Assembly: GCA_023261645.1 (NCBI GenBank)
Contig: JAHFOO010000001.1
Location: 67,871 to 131,870 of the forward strand
From: Candidatus Moraniibacteriota bacterium
Lineage (GTDB): Bacteria > Patescibacteriota > Minisyncoccia > Moranbacterales > UBA1568
DNA length: 64,000 nucleotides
Reading direction: 5' to 3'
Shown here: one piece after another, positions 19,289 to 28,962 of the stretch
How the letters are laid out: every line of letters starts with the position of its first letter
How positions within the stretch are numbered: position 1 is the first letter of the stretch
Made by a program: the position numbers and the translations under genes
The notes under the pieces: generated by a model
Databases searched by the model: none
Told to the model about the DNA's origin: nothing
The model's input: the letters and a program-made list of their open reading frames with translations, nothing else

Positions 19289-21541
19289 ATGAAATTTTGG
19301 GAAAAAGGGTTGAATCCAGAGCAATTACGAGCCGTCCTTCAGACAGAAGGGCCGGTTTTGATATTGGCTGGAGCCGGATCGGGCAAGACGAAAACGCTGA
19401 CGCATCGTATCGCCTATCTCATCGATGAGAAGAAAATATCGCCGAATGCCATTCTTGCGGTGACATTTACCAACAAGGCAGCAGGAGAGATGCGAGAACG
19501 TATCGAGAGATTGTTGACACAAAGCGAGGCTGCAGAATTTGGAGGAGTGGAACTCCCTCAATATATAGGAACATTTCACAACATCTGTTGTCGTATCCTA
19601 CGTCGCGAGATCGAGGTGCTCGGGTATGGAAAAAGTTTCAATATTCTCGACAGTCAGGATCAGGAATCGACGATCAAGAAAGCGATGAAGGAACTTGAAA
19701 TCAATCCTGATCAGATGCGACCGAGGGCCATCCTCGACGCCATCTCACGTGCCAAGAATGCCTTCATTGATGCGGATCAATTCACTCTCCAGGCCGGGAG
19801 TTATTTCGAAGAAACGATTGCCAAAGTATTCAGTCGGTATCAGCAAGAATTGAAACGGACCAATGCCCTCGATTTCGATGATTTGATCATGCTCACTGTC
19901 AAGTTGTTTCAGGAACATCCCGAGGTACTCGAAAAATACCAGAAAATTTTCCAGTACATTATGGTAGACGAATATCAGGACACAAACTATCCGCAGTATC
20001 TGCTCGTCCACTTGCTCGCAAAAAAACACAACAATATCTTCGTGATCGGCGATGATTACCAATCGATTTACGGCTGGCGTCAAGCGGATATCAAAAATAT
20101 TCTCAACTTCGAGAAGGACTATGCTGATGCGACGGTCATCACGCTCGATCGGAATTATCGTTCGACACAAATCATCCTTGATGCGGCAGATGGCATCATC
20201 TCCAAGAATGTGAATCAGCGTCATAAGAAATTATGGACGGATATCAAGGTTGGGGAATTGATTACGCTCTGCCCTGCCGAAGATGAAGAGGCTGAAGCGC
20301 GTTTCGTCGCGGAAACTATTGCCAAGGAACATTCTGCATCGAGGCCATATAGTCACTTCGCTGTTCTGTATCGAACCAATGCTCAGTCGCGCATCATTGA
20401 AGAGATGTTCCTCCGTCACTCTATCGATTATCGTGTCGTTGGAGGACTGAAATTCTACCAACGGAAAGAAGTCAAGGATATGATCGCATATGTCAGGCTT
20501 CTCGAAAATCCACGCGATATATTGGCACTCGAAAGAATCATCAATGAACCGAAACGCGGACTAGGCAAAGCGACACTGGATAAATGGATAGCGTTCGGAC
20601 GAGAAAACGGACTCGACCTTCTTGATGCCGGATACGAGATGACGTTCGAAAAAAGTGGACTGCGTGAAGTGAAAATAAAATCCATCAGAGATTTTGTGGA
20701 CATTTTCCTCGAATTGCGGGCAGAGATGGATCGTCGGAGTGATATGCTTTTTCCGGAATTACTCGATAAGATCAGCAAAGAAAGCGGATATTTGAGCAGT
20801 CTCGATGACGGGACAGCCGAAGGAGAAACGCGCCAAGAGAACGTGAAGGAACTCCTTTCTGTCGCCAAGAAATACGGCGATATCAGTCTCTCGGAAGCGC
20901 TCCATCGTTTTCTCGAGGAAGTATCGCTCTCTTCCGATACGGATGGAATAAACCAGGAAAGCGACGTCGTGCATATGATGACGGTACACAGTTCCAAGGG
21001 ACTCGAATTTCCTTTCGTGTTTATGTTGGGATTGGAAGAGGGGATCTTCCCGCATTCCAGAAGTGCTCTTTCTCCTACTGAAATGGAAGAAGAACGACGT
21101 TTGATGTATGTCGGTATCACGCGTGCCAAAGAGAAAGTACATCTTCTCTACGCCGAACAGCGTATGATTTTCGGTTCGACGCAGGTCAATCCGCCCTCAC
21201 GTTTTCTCCAGGAGATTCCTTCTCATCTGATCGAAGAATTGGAACGTGTCTCATCGGGGATGCTCGGTAAGAGACATTTCCAGAAATCATTCCATCGTTT
21301 TCCGACGGTATCAAAGAAAGGTTCCCTTTCGAATACTGAGAGCAAAGAAAATGCTTCCGAAAGAAATGAGAATATCAAACCGCTCGGCGTGGATGATGTC
21401 CGACCGGGCGATATGGTGGAGCATCCACAATTCGGAGGAGGACTCATTGTTTCCATCTCAGGAACGCTCGCAACCATCGCATTCAAACGCTCCGGCGTGA
21501 AGAAAATGATGCTCGGTGTCGCACCTTTGAAGAAATTGTAA
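19289..21541 (+). CDS. pcrA: UvrD/PcrA ATP-dependent DNA helicase
   Basis: AGAGSGKT, VDEYQDTN, YRTNAQSR, EEERRLMYVGITRA, C-terminal Tudor-like HPQFGGG. Confidence 0.95.
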   Translation: MKFWEKGLNPEQLRAVLQTEGPVLILAGAGSGKTKTLTHRIAYLIDEKKISPNAILAVTFTNKAAGEMRERIERLLTQSEAAEFGGVELPQYIGTFHNICCRILRREIEVLGYGKSFNILDSQDQESTIKKAMKELEINPDQMRPRAILDAISRAKNAFIDADQFTLQAGSYFEETIAKVFSRYQQELKRTNALDFDDLIMLTVKLFQEHPEVLEKYQKIFQYIMVDEYQDTNYPQYLLVHLLAKKHNNIFVIGDDYQSIYGWRQADIKNILNFEKDYADATVITLDRNYRSTQIILDAADGIISKNVNQRHKKLWTDIKVGELITLCPAEDEEAEARFVAETIAKEHSASRPYSHFAVLYRTNAQSRIIEEMFLRHSIDYRVVGGLKFYQRKEVKDMIAYVRLLENPRDILALERIINEPKRGLGKATLDKWIAFGRENGLDLLDAGYEMTFEKSGLREVKIKSIRDFVDIFLELRAEMDRRSDMLFPELLDKISKESGYLSSLDDGTAEGETRQENVKELLSVAKKYGDISLSEALHRFLEEVSLSSDTDGINQESDVVHMMTVHSSKGLEFPFVFMLGLEEGIFPHSRSALSPTEMEEERRLMYVGITRAKEKVHLLYAEQRMIFGSTQVNPPSRFLQEIPSHLIEELERVSSGMLGKRHFQKSFHRFPTVSKKGSLSNTESKENASERNENIKPLGVDDVRPGDMVEHPQFGGGLIVSISGTLATIAFKRSGVKKMMLGVAPLKKL

Positions 21542-21586
21542 ACAGATAACAGTTAACAAAAAACAGTTAGTAAAGAAATATGTCTT

Positions 21587-21616
21587 AAAAAACAAACTTG
21601 AAAGAGTTTGTTTTTT
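21587..21616. terminator. Bidirectional terminator flanked by heptamer repeats
   Basis: AAAAAACAAACT-TGAAAG-AGTTTGTTTTTT. Confidence 0.8.
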
Positions 21617-21625
21617 GTTGACTGT

Positions 21626-22597
21626 TCATTGTTCATTGTCAGCTGACTTCTTTTTTCGTTTCGCATGAAAAGACTGGTGGACCTCTTTCAGGCGCTCGTT
21701 GGTGATGTGAGTATAGATCTGTGTCGTGGTGATAGAGGAATGACCGAGCATCGATTGGACTGACCTTATATCGGCACCATTGATGAGAAGATCGGTAGCG
21801 AAACTGTGACGGAGGGTATGAGGATGGACATCTTTCACGATGCCGGCTTTCTTGGCATAGTATTTGACGAGGCGTTCGACGCTCCGTACTGTGAGGCGAT
21901 TACTCTCTCTTTTGGCTCCCTGCTTGTTCATCAATCCTTTCTTCCTGTAAGCGATGAAGAGAGCCGGATCGACATCGGAACGTGTGTCGAGGTATTTTTT
22001 GAGAGCATTTTTCGCATCAGGCGAGATGAAAACGATACGCAGTTTGTCACCTTTGCCACGGACGCTGAATTCCTCTTTGTCGAGATTGATGTGATAGCGA
22101 TCGAGATTGACGAGTTCCGAAACACGAAGTCCGGCAGAGAAGAAGAGTTCGAGAATGGCTCTATCGCGGAATGATTTTTCGGTGGTTCCGACGGTAGCCT
22201 GTATCAGGCTTTCTACCTCCGCATATTCGAGGAAATCAACCTGACGGTCAGGAGATTTTCCTACCTCTATTTTTTCAGCGGCGAGAGTCGGAACATCTTG
22301 TTTGGCGAGATATTTAAGGAACGTCCGAAGGACGATGGCTTGGTAGGACTGAGTTACTTTCTTCAAAGAAGATCCGCTTCGAGTCATCTTGCGGTTGAGA
22401 TAGAGACGATACTCCCTCACTTTTTCAGCGGTGATATCGGCCGGAGTTCGGATATTTCCCCACTCGAAGAAGTATGAGAGGGTTCTCGCATAGCTGTCGA
22501 GCGTCCGTTTGGAGCGGCTCATTTCTATCTCCAAGTGGTCGCAGAAACGCTTTGCTAGAGCCTCTATTTCATTTTTTGGTTTTTCGAATGGACGCAT
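21626..22597 (-). CDS. XerC/XerD-type tyrosine recombinase
   Basis: GLRVSEL, VRGKGDK, HTLRHSFAT, LGHSSITTTQIY. Confidence 0.93.
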   Translation of the reverse strand: MRPFEKPKNEIEALAKRFCDHLEIEMSRSKRTLDSYARTLSYFFEWGNIRTPADITAEKVREYRLYLNRKMTRSGSSLKKVTQSYQAIVLRTFLKYLAKQDVPTLAAEKIEVGKSPDRQVDFLEYAEVESLIQATVGTTEKSFRDRAILELFFSAGLRVSELVNLDRYHINLDKEEFSVRGKGDKLRIVFISPDAKNALKKYLDTRSDVDPALFIAYRKKGLMNKQGAKRESNRLTVRSVERLVKYYAKKAGIVKDVHPHTLRHSFATDLLINGADIRSVQSMLGHSSITTTQIYTHITNERLKEVHQSFHAKRKKKSADNEQ

Positions 22598-22725
22598 AAT
22601 AGGGAAATTGCGTTTCAAGGGAGAATTAGGACAGGAACAAGGAAAGTATAACATATCTAATCTGAAAAAATGTAGAAATAAGTGGAAACTTTAAAAAGCT
22701 TTATTTGAAGCAAAATATTCTTTTA

Positions 22726-22753
22726 TCAACACATAATATGCTTTATACAAGCC
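22726..22753 (-). other. dif-like Xer binding site candidate
   Basis: Minus strand GGCTTGTATAA-AGCATA-TTATGTGTTGA; ATAA-N6-TTAT core. Confidence 0.4.
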
Positions 22754-22782
22754 ATAATTATTGATTTTTCTGTCTTTTCTTA

Positions 22783-22811
22783 TTGACTCTGTGCTGGTTA
22801 CAAGGTATACT
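22783..22811 (+). promoter_or_regulatory. sigma70 promoter
   Basis: TTGACT-17-TATACT. Confidence 0.65.
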
Positions 22812-22876
22812 GAATTCTGTAAAAATTAGGATAAATTCTTGATGGACATCTTTCTCTGGTTTCATCCAGAACAGTT

Positions 22877-24208
22877 GTGCCTAGGGCATTGTATCAATTG
22901 AAAGGCGAGAGTTTTATACATACAAAATCTCCACTCTCTTTTTTGAAAGCTTGCTTTTCAGCGAGTAAAAGACGTATCCGGTCTTTGTTCTTTCATACCC
23001 GTAAAACAGAAGAGAAAAAGGATATACGTACTCGTCTGAAGGATCTGCATACGAGTGTGCATCATTCTCAGACACGTTTCTTGCAATTCATCAAGGAGTT
23101 TTCCGGTTACCGCGTGGTACGGGTTTTCCGCAATTACTCGGCTTTTTCTATTGTCGCTTCGAGTACGCTCCTCGTCTCGGCGAGCAATTTCACTCAAGGA
23201 AAAGACTCCAACAGTCTGCTTCTCGGCTATGTGAATGGCAGTACATCAAGCGAGCAGTCATCCTCTGCAAAACATCGTATCGCCGCTCAGACGAGCAAGA
23301 AAGAGAACCTCTCTCTCGTACCGCTCTTGAGTACGACGGGGGCTATTGACCCGAGTCAGAAAGACGAGACTTCACTTCTCGATATGCAAGGGCAAACCAT
23401 CTCGAATCAGATGATGCTTTCTTCTCAAACGAGCTCTATCGCGCGTGATCCACAGGAGGATGGCGGTGTGAAGATCTATACGGTTGAATCAGGAGATACG
23501 GTGAGTGGTATTGCTACCAAAAACAGTATCACTGTCAATACAATATTGTGGGCGAACGATTTGAGTAATGTCGATCAGATCAAACCTGGTGATCAGATTT
23601 TCATTCTGCCGGTTGCCGGTATCTCATACGTGGTGAAACAGGGAGACAGCATCGAAAGTATCGCCGGGACATTCAAGGCAGACAAGGACAAAATCATCGC
23701 TTACAACGGATTGCCGGCCAATGGTGAGATTGAGGCAGGTGATGTCATTATCATTCCGGATGGGAAGAAAGAAGAAGCGATAAAACCAACCCCGACAACT
23801 CCAGCCGGTACACTTGAAAGGCGCCAGTATGCCACTCCATCAGGAGGGACAGCCACCGATATTTCTTCCGATTTCCGCACATTGGGTGGCAAGGCAGGTA
23901 CAGGACATCGCTTTCCGTATGGGTATTGTACGTGGTACGTGGCTTCGAAACGCTATGTTCCGTGGGGTGGAAATGCCGGTACATGGCTCTACAATGCCAA
24001 AGCTTCGGGATACAAGACCGGACGGGCACCGGCTGTTGGGGCTATTATGGTCACCACAGAGAATCGTTTTTATGGACACGTGGCTATCGTGGAGAAGGTG
24101 AGCGGGGATACGATTACGGTGAGCGAAATGAACTACACCGGATGGGCGAGAACGGATCGTCGCACCCTCTCTGCCAGCAGTCGTTTCATCAAAGGATTCA
24201 TCTATTAA
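22877..24208 (+). CDS. LysM x2 + CHAP peptidoglycan hydrolase (start uncertain)
   Basis: YTVESGDTVSGIA, YVVKQGDSIESIA; GYCTWY, WGGNAGTW, YGHVAIVE, VSEMNY. Confidence 0.9.
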   Translation: MPRALYQLKGESFIHTKSPLSFLKACFSASKRRIRSLFFHTRKTEEKKDIRTRLKDLHTSVHHSQTRFLQFIKEFSGYRVVRVFRNYSAFSIVASSTLLVSASNFTQGKDSNSLLLGYVNGSTSSEQSSSAKHRIAAQTSKKENLSLVPLLSTTGAIDPSQKDETSLLDMQGQTISNQMMLSSQTSSIARDPQEDGGVKIYTVESGDTVSGIATKNSITVNTILWANDLSNVDQIKPGDQIFILPVAGISYVVKQGDSIESIAGTFKADKDKIIAYNGLPANGEIEAGDVIIIPDGKKEEAIKPTPTTPAGTLERRQYATPSGGTATDISSDFRTLGGKAGTGHRFPYGYCTWYVASKRYVPWGGNAGTWLYNAKASGYKTGRAPAVGAIMVTTENRFYGHVAIVEKVSGDTITVSEMNYTGWARTDRRTLSASSRFIKGFIY

Positions 24209-24238
24209 ACAGTCAACAAATAGCAGACGACAATAAAC

Positions 24239-24270
24239 AAAGGTAAGTTCGAAAGAGCTTATCTTTTTTT
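24239..24270 (+). terminator. Intrinsic terminator
   Basis: AAAGGTAAGTTC-GAAA-GAGCTTATCTTTTTTT. Confidence 0.8.
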
Positions 24271-24451
24271 CATCATTTTTTGTTTTTCGTTTCCTATTTG
24301 TTTGTTATTCTCCGTTGATTGTTGACTGTTTTCTGTTTATTGTTTTTTTGTCATTCTTTGTTATCTGTTGACTGTTTATTGTTTATTGTTATCTGTTATT
24401 TGTGGTATACTATCATCAGATAATTCTTTCTCTCTGTTATTCGAGAGCAGT

Positions 24452-26395
24452 ATGTTTTTCACGGCAAAAAACAGAAAAAAAAATCTGACATTCTTGTTCG
24501 TAGCGCTCTTTCTTTTTTCAGGAGTGATTTTTGCTTTTTCTGATGTGCATTCTGCACATGCCCTTCCTTTTTCTACAGTGACTGATCGTGGTGACTGTGT
24601 TCCTTTTAGCAAGGGGTTTGTCGATTGTTGGAATTCAGGGGGTGAAATTTCGAATGGTGGCGATAATATTGTTGTCGTTGGGTTTAAGTGGCTCCTTTAT
24701 ATGGTTTTCGTAATGTTCGGATTGCTGGCATCGCTGGCACTGACTATTTTCGAATGGGCGATAAAACCGGAGAATGTTACTTTGTTCTTTGGTAACCCAG
24801 GGGTGTATGAATCGTGGAAATTCGTGCGGGATTTCTTCAATCTTTTCTTTATTCTTGTTTTGCTCTACATAGCCTTCTCGGTGGTTTTCCAGATCGAGAA
24901 AAATTTCAAGAAAACCATCCTGAGCCTGGTCTTGGCCGCTCTCTTCGTGAACTTCAGTTATCCTGTATCGCGCGCCTTGATCGATATGACCAATGTGCCG
25001 ATGTATTTCTTCACCAATCAGATGACAGCGAGAGATGGGAAAAGTGGAACAGATATATTTGGCCAGACACTGACAGCTTCACATCTCGAGGGAGTGTTGC
25101 TTCCACAGAAAGGAAATAGCGATATATCGCGCCTCTTGATGGCGATTGTGTTTATTTTTCTTTTCTCTGTGACGCTACTTGTATTGTCGGTGATGTTTAT
25201 GATTCGGTTGGTAGCACTGGTAGTACTTGTCATATTTTCATCGGTGGGATTCGTGGCGTCTATCATTCCTGGGCTCAAGACTTATTCCGGTATGTGGTGG
25301 GACAATTTCTGGAAATACGCATTCTTTGGTCCGGCGGCGATGTTGATGCTTCTCATAGCAACGCGTCTTTTTTCCGCGCTGGGTGATGGCAGTGCAATCG
25401 AAAAAAGTATGACAGCTGTTGCATCAGGTACCGTAGTTATAGAGCCAACATTCATTTCTTCGATGGCACTCTTCACCATTCCGATCATTATGCTCTGGAT
25501 GGCGATGGGCTTGGCACAGAAGATGTCTCTCGCGGGAGCAGGTTACGTCGTCGGTAAGGGTAAGCAGTTTTCCCTCTGGGCCGGAGGTAAAGCGAGCGGA
25601 TATAATGCATTGAAACGTAATTACGCTTCATACGAAGCTACGAGAAAGAAGCGTGCTGAAGAGAAGAATAAAAACAATTTCGGATCAAGACTCGGTGCTG
25701 GTCTCAATAAGAAACAGGATACGATCTATGGGGCAACCGGTCTCCCTGGAAGTAAGGCAGCAAATCAGCGAGTGAAGGATGCAGAAAACAAAGAGATTTA
25801 CGAAAAAGCAGAAGCAAACAAGAAAAACGGAGTGAGTGATCCTGAGTTAAGAGTCCAACTTCATAGTGGTGATAAAATTAAAGCTGCTGCTGCGGCGATT
25901 TCTCTCTCTGAACTAGGGGCTATTAATTCAGCTAATGATTTTTCAACGGCCTTGAAGGCTCTCGGAAATAATACAAAAGAAGTTACAGCACTTATCGAAA
26001 AGGCAAGTGGGGGCGCTGTTGGTGGTTTGAGTGGAGTTCAATATGGAGATGTCATGAATTCTGCTGCTCTGAGTGGCAATGTAAATCTGCAGAAAAAATT
26101 TGAATCTAAGGTGAAGAAAGAAGGGGGTGCGAAAGCAGTTGTTGAATATAAAGTAAGTCAGGCACCAGGTGGGGCAACGCCGGTGAACCAACAGACTGCT
26201 GTCAATGAGGTACTCCTATCCATGAGATCACATAAAGACGTTGCTGCTTCTGAGAGTCTTTTTGCTGATCCGACATATGGAGCACACGCCGTTGCATATG
26301 TGAAGGATCGGACAAAAACCACGGCAGAACGTGAACAAGCTATTAGAAAGGCTTCTGCAGAAGATGGCACGTCAGTCGGTGGGATGATTCCTTAA
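24452..26395 (+). CDS. VirB6/TrbL-like polytopic membrane protein
   Basis: WKFVRDFFNLFFIL, LFVNFS, several TMs, WWDNFWKYAFFGP, soluble tail; next to PrgI and VirB4 genes. Confidence 0.7.
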   Translation: MFFTAKNRKKNLTFLFVALFLFSGVIFAFSDVHSAHALPFSTVTDRGDCVPFSKGFVDCWNSGGEISNGGDNIVVVGFKWLLYMVFVMFGLLASLALTIFEWAIKPENVTLFFGNPGVYESWKFVRDFFNLFFILVLLYIAFSVVFQIEKNFKKTILSLVLAALFVNFSYPVSRALIDMTNVPMYFFTNQMTARDGKSGTDIFGQTLTASHLEGVLLPQKGNSDISRLLMAIVFIFLFSVTLLVLSVMFMIRLVALVVLVIFSSVGFVASIIPGLKTYSGMWWDNFWKYAFFGPAAMLMLLIATRLFSALGDGSAIEKSMTAVASGTVVIEPTFISSMALFTIPIIMLWMAMGLAQKMSLAGAGYVVGKGKQFSLWAGGKASGYNALKRNYASYEATRKKRAEEKNKNNFGSRLGAGLNKKQDTIYGATGLPGSKAANQRVKDAENKEIYEKAEANKKNGVSDPELRVQLHSGDKIKAAAAAISLSELGAINSANDFSTALKALGNNTKEVTALIEKASGGAVGGLSGVQYGDVMNSAALSGNVNLQKKFESKVKKEGGAKAVVEYKVSQAPGGATPVNQQTAVNEVLLSMRSHKDVAASESLFADPTYGAHAVAYVKDRTKTTAEREQAIRKASAEDGTSVGGMIP

Positions 26396-26422
26396 TCCCA
26401 CACACTTCGAGTCAAACAAATT

Positions 26423-27607
26423 ATGAATGAACAAATAAACAATACATTATTCTTCCCCATGCTCATCTCTGGTTTTGGGACAGCGGTTCCTATGACTAAA
26501 GAAGAGAATGTTGCTGTTTGGGCTACATATATGACGCTGTCTCAAACAAAGAGGAATCAAATTACGGCTTCCGAATTGCCTCGGAAGATAAAAGAGCTCC
26601 AGGATGCTTTTTATCTGTCTGAAACAGCCATCGGGAATGTCAGTTTGTTCATTCGGAAGATATTTTTCGGGGAGTTGACACTGCAGGAATGCGAGGCGAA
26701 AATCGGATCGATGCTCACAACGACGAATGGCGGAGACCCGAATCAGGCCCGAGCGATTGTGGAATTCATCCAGAAAGAAATCCTGACCATACAGCCGAAA
26801 CCGAGAGTGGAAGAATCAGAAGAAACAGAAGAAGATACAGCCGAGGAAGAAGAGAGAATGACCGTCAGCCTTCCGATACTTCAAGCCCTTTCGAAATATG
26901 AGAATCTCGGGAATCAGCTGATCACACAGGAACGCATCAAAATAAAAACACAAGGAGAGTCAGTTAGGCCGTCACTTCTCTATTGGCTGAAATACTATCG
27001 TGATGAGCTCGGTATCGGACAGCACAACAGCGTCGAACGGGGCGATTTCCTGTTTCGTTCTGAGAATGGCAAGCACCTTTCCTCGGAAGAACGCGAGCGC
27101 GTCAATCTTATCTTGAAATCCATCGAAGAGAACTTCCCTCTCACGATCGATACCAAACGACAAGAAATCGTTTTCCCTGCCAGCAATGCTTTCAGTGTAA
27201 CTTCGGCTGGTAGGTCCTCCCAAACTACTGAACAAAATATAGCAGGCAAGCCTGCTTTTCAAGGAGTCTCGGTACCTCCCATTCAGAGCAGTTTGGGGAG
27301 AGAAAGTCGCCAGGAAGCAAGTGGTATGCCGACTGTCGCCATACCGAGCGTCCATCTCGCTCCGAACCAGCGACAGACATTTTTCCATTCCATAGATCAG
27401 ACTGAAACGCCTCGTACGACGATACAGACGAACATTCCGCCTGAAATAGGAAATGATTCGCATAACAATTCAGGTGGGATGAGTTTTTCTTCCAGTCATA
27501 TGTTTCCCGCTGAGAAAGATGAAACGGAGCAGAAACCACAATCAGCACCGCACTTGTTCAATCCGTTCACTATTCATCCCGTGAGTCGTGAAGAAGACGA
27601 AAAATGA
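26423..27607 (+). CDS. Hypothetical protein of the T4SS-like cluster
   Basis: 394 aa ORF; WLKYY...ERGDFLF core and low-complexity tail. Confidence 0.7.
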   Translation: MNEQINNTLFFPMLISGFGTAVPMTKEENVAVWATYMTLSQTKRNQITASELPRKIKELQDAFYLSETAIGNVSLFIRKIFFGELTLQECEAKIGSMLTTTNGGDPNQARAIVEFIQKEILTIQPKPRVEESEETEEDTAEEEERMTVSLPILQALSKYENLGNQLITQERIKIKTQGESVRPSLLYWLKYYRDELGIGQHNSVERGDFLFRSENGKHLSSEERERVNLILKSIEENFPLTIDTKRQEIVFPASNAFSVTSAGRSSQTTEQNIAGKPAFQGVSVPPIQSSLGRESRQEASGMPTVAIPSVHLAPNQRQTFFHSIDQTETPRTTIQTNIPPEIGNDSHNNSGGMSFSSSHMFPAEKDETEQKPQSAPHLFNPFTIHPVSREEDEK

Positions 27608-27728
27608 TGAGCATGTTATAATGGAGTGGTCCTAGCCTTTCTTTTATCTTCACCCAGTGTAATTGCTCACTATATGAGCACCCGCAAGGCGGGATTACAC
27701 GGGGTAAATCTTTTATTCTCTCCAATCT

Positions 27729-28136
27729 ATGATGTTCAGTGTTCCACAATTCATCGATGTCGAGGACAAGATCGCCGGTCCGCTCACATGGAAACAACTC
27801 CTATGGATGATTGGGATGGGAGCAGTCTTACTTTTCTTCTTCAACCTTTTCGACACGCCACTCTTCATTATTTCTGCTATTCCGACAGTGCTTCTGTTTG
27901 CTGCTTTTGCTTTTTATAAACCTGATGGGTTTCCGCTCACGACATTCATTTTTTATGCCATACTCTTCCTCTTCCGTCCCAAGGTAGCCGTATGGGAACG
28001 GCCGGTCAATACCAGACCACTGGTCAAGGCACCCGAGAAGAAAAATGAAGACAGTATTGCGCAACCGAAAGAGATAAATGAAGAGAAGCTGAAAGAGTTG
28101 GCACGTATTTTGGACAGCAGAGGAACAAGCAGATGA
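27729..28136 (+). CDS. PrgI family (VirB3-like) protein
   Basis: VPQFIDVEDKIAGPLTWKQ plus two TMs. Confidence 0.85.
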   Translation: MMFSVPQFIDVEDKIAGPLTWKQLLWMIGMGAVLLFFFNLFDTPLFIISAIPTVLLFAAFAFYKPDGFPLTTFIFYAILFLFRPKVAVWERPVNTRPLVKAPEKKNEDSIAQPKEINEEKLKELARILDSRGTSR

Positions 28137-28212
28137 CAGTGTACAGTGAACAGATAACGAAAAAAGAAGAGGATGAGAGAAAATAAGTCAGAATAAAAAA
28201 GATCAAAGACAA

Positions 28213-28232
28213 CCCTTCGACTGCGCTCAGGG
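28213..28232. repeat. REP-like short palindrome
   Basis: CCCTTCGACTGCGCTCAGGG, single copy in this window. Confidence 0.45.
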
Positions 28233-28259
28233 CCTTCGGAAAATAAATAAAGAAACATA

Positions 28260-28949
28260 ATGGAATTTTTGAAACCGAAAAATAAGAAAACGAACACTTC
28301 CAGTACGCAGAAGTATGTGGAGGTTGATGAGATTCGTGACGGTATCATCATCTTGAAGAGTGGCGCACTGCGTTCTGTTCTGCTTGTCTCTTCTCTCAAT
28401 TTCGATCTCAAATCGACAGGAGAACAAGATGCCATTATCGCTTCATACCAATCATTCCTGAACTCTCTCGATTTTCCCGTACAGATTGTGGTTTCTTCAC
28501 GACGTTTCAATATCAGTTCGTATATCGGCCTTCTCGAGAACGAAGAAAAGCAACAACAGAATGAATTGCTCAGGTTTCAAATTTCCGAGTACAAAGCTTT
28601 CATTCAGAATCTGACGGAAGTTTCCAACATTATGTCGAAATATTTTTATGTCATTGTTCCATTCTCTCCGGTAGAAGACAAGAAGAATGGTATTTTCCAG
28701 AAACTCCTCGGGATTTTCCGCCCGAGAGAAGCGGTCAACAATACAGGACATCTTTTCGAGACATATAAATCACAACTCCTGCAACGAGTCGAACACGTGG
28801 CACAGGCCTTGAGTGGTACCGGGCTCAATATCACACCGCTTCAGACGGAAGAAGTGATCGAGCTTTTGTTCAATAGTTATAATCCATCACTTTTCACCGC
28901 AGCCGTGATCAAGAATGTCGAGAACATAGAACTCTCTCAATTCCAGTAA
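28260..28949 (+). CDS. TraC/VirB4 N-terminal-like conjugation-type protein
   Basis: EIRDGIIILK, SLNFDLKS..EQDAII..YQSFLNSLDFPVQI. Confidence 0.75.
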   Translation: MEFLKPKNKKTNTSSTQKYVEVDEIRDGIIILKSGALRSVLLVSSLNFDLKSTGEQDAIIASYQSFLNSLDFPVQIVVSSRRFNISSYIGLLENEEKQQQNELLRFQISEYKAFIQNLTEVSNIMSKYFYVIVPFSPVEDKKNGIFQKLLGIFRPREAVNNTGHLFETYKSQLLQRVEHVAQALSGTGLNITPLQTEEVIELLFNSYNPSLFTAAVIKNVENIELSQFQ

Positions 28950-28962
28950 AAAATATAAAATC

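Noticed and set aside
24205-24405. CRISPR array
   Set aside because: Repeats are degenerate 7-mers without spacers; no cas genes in the window
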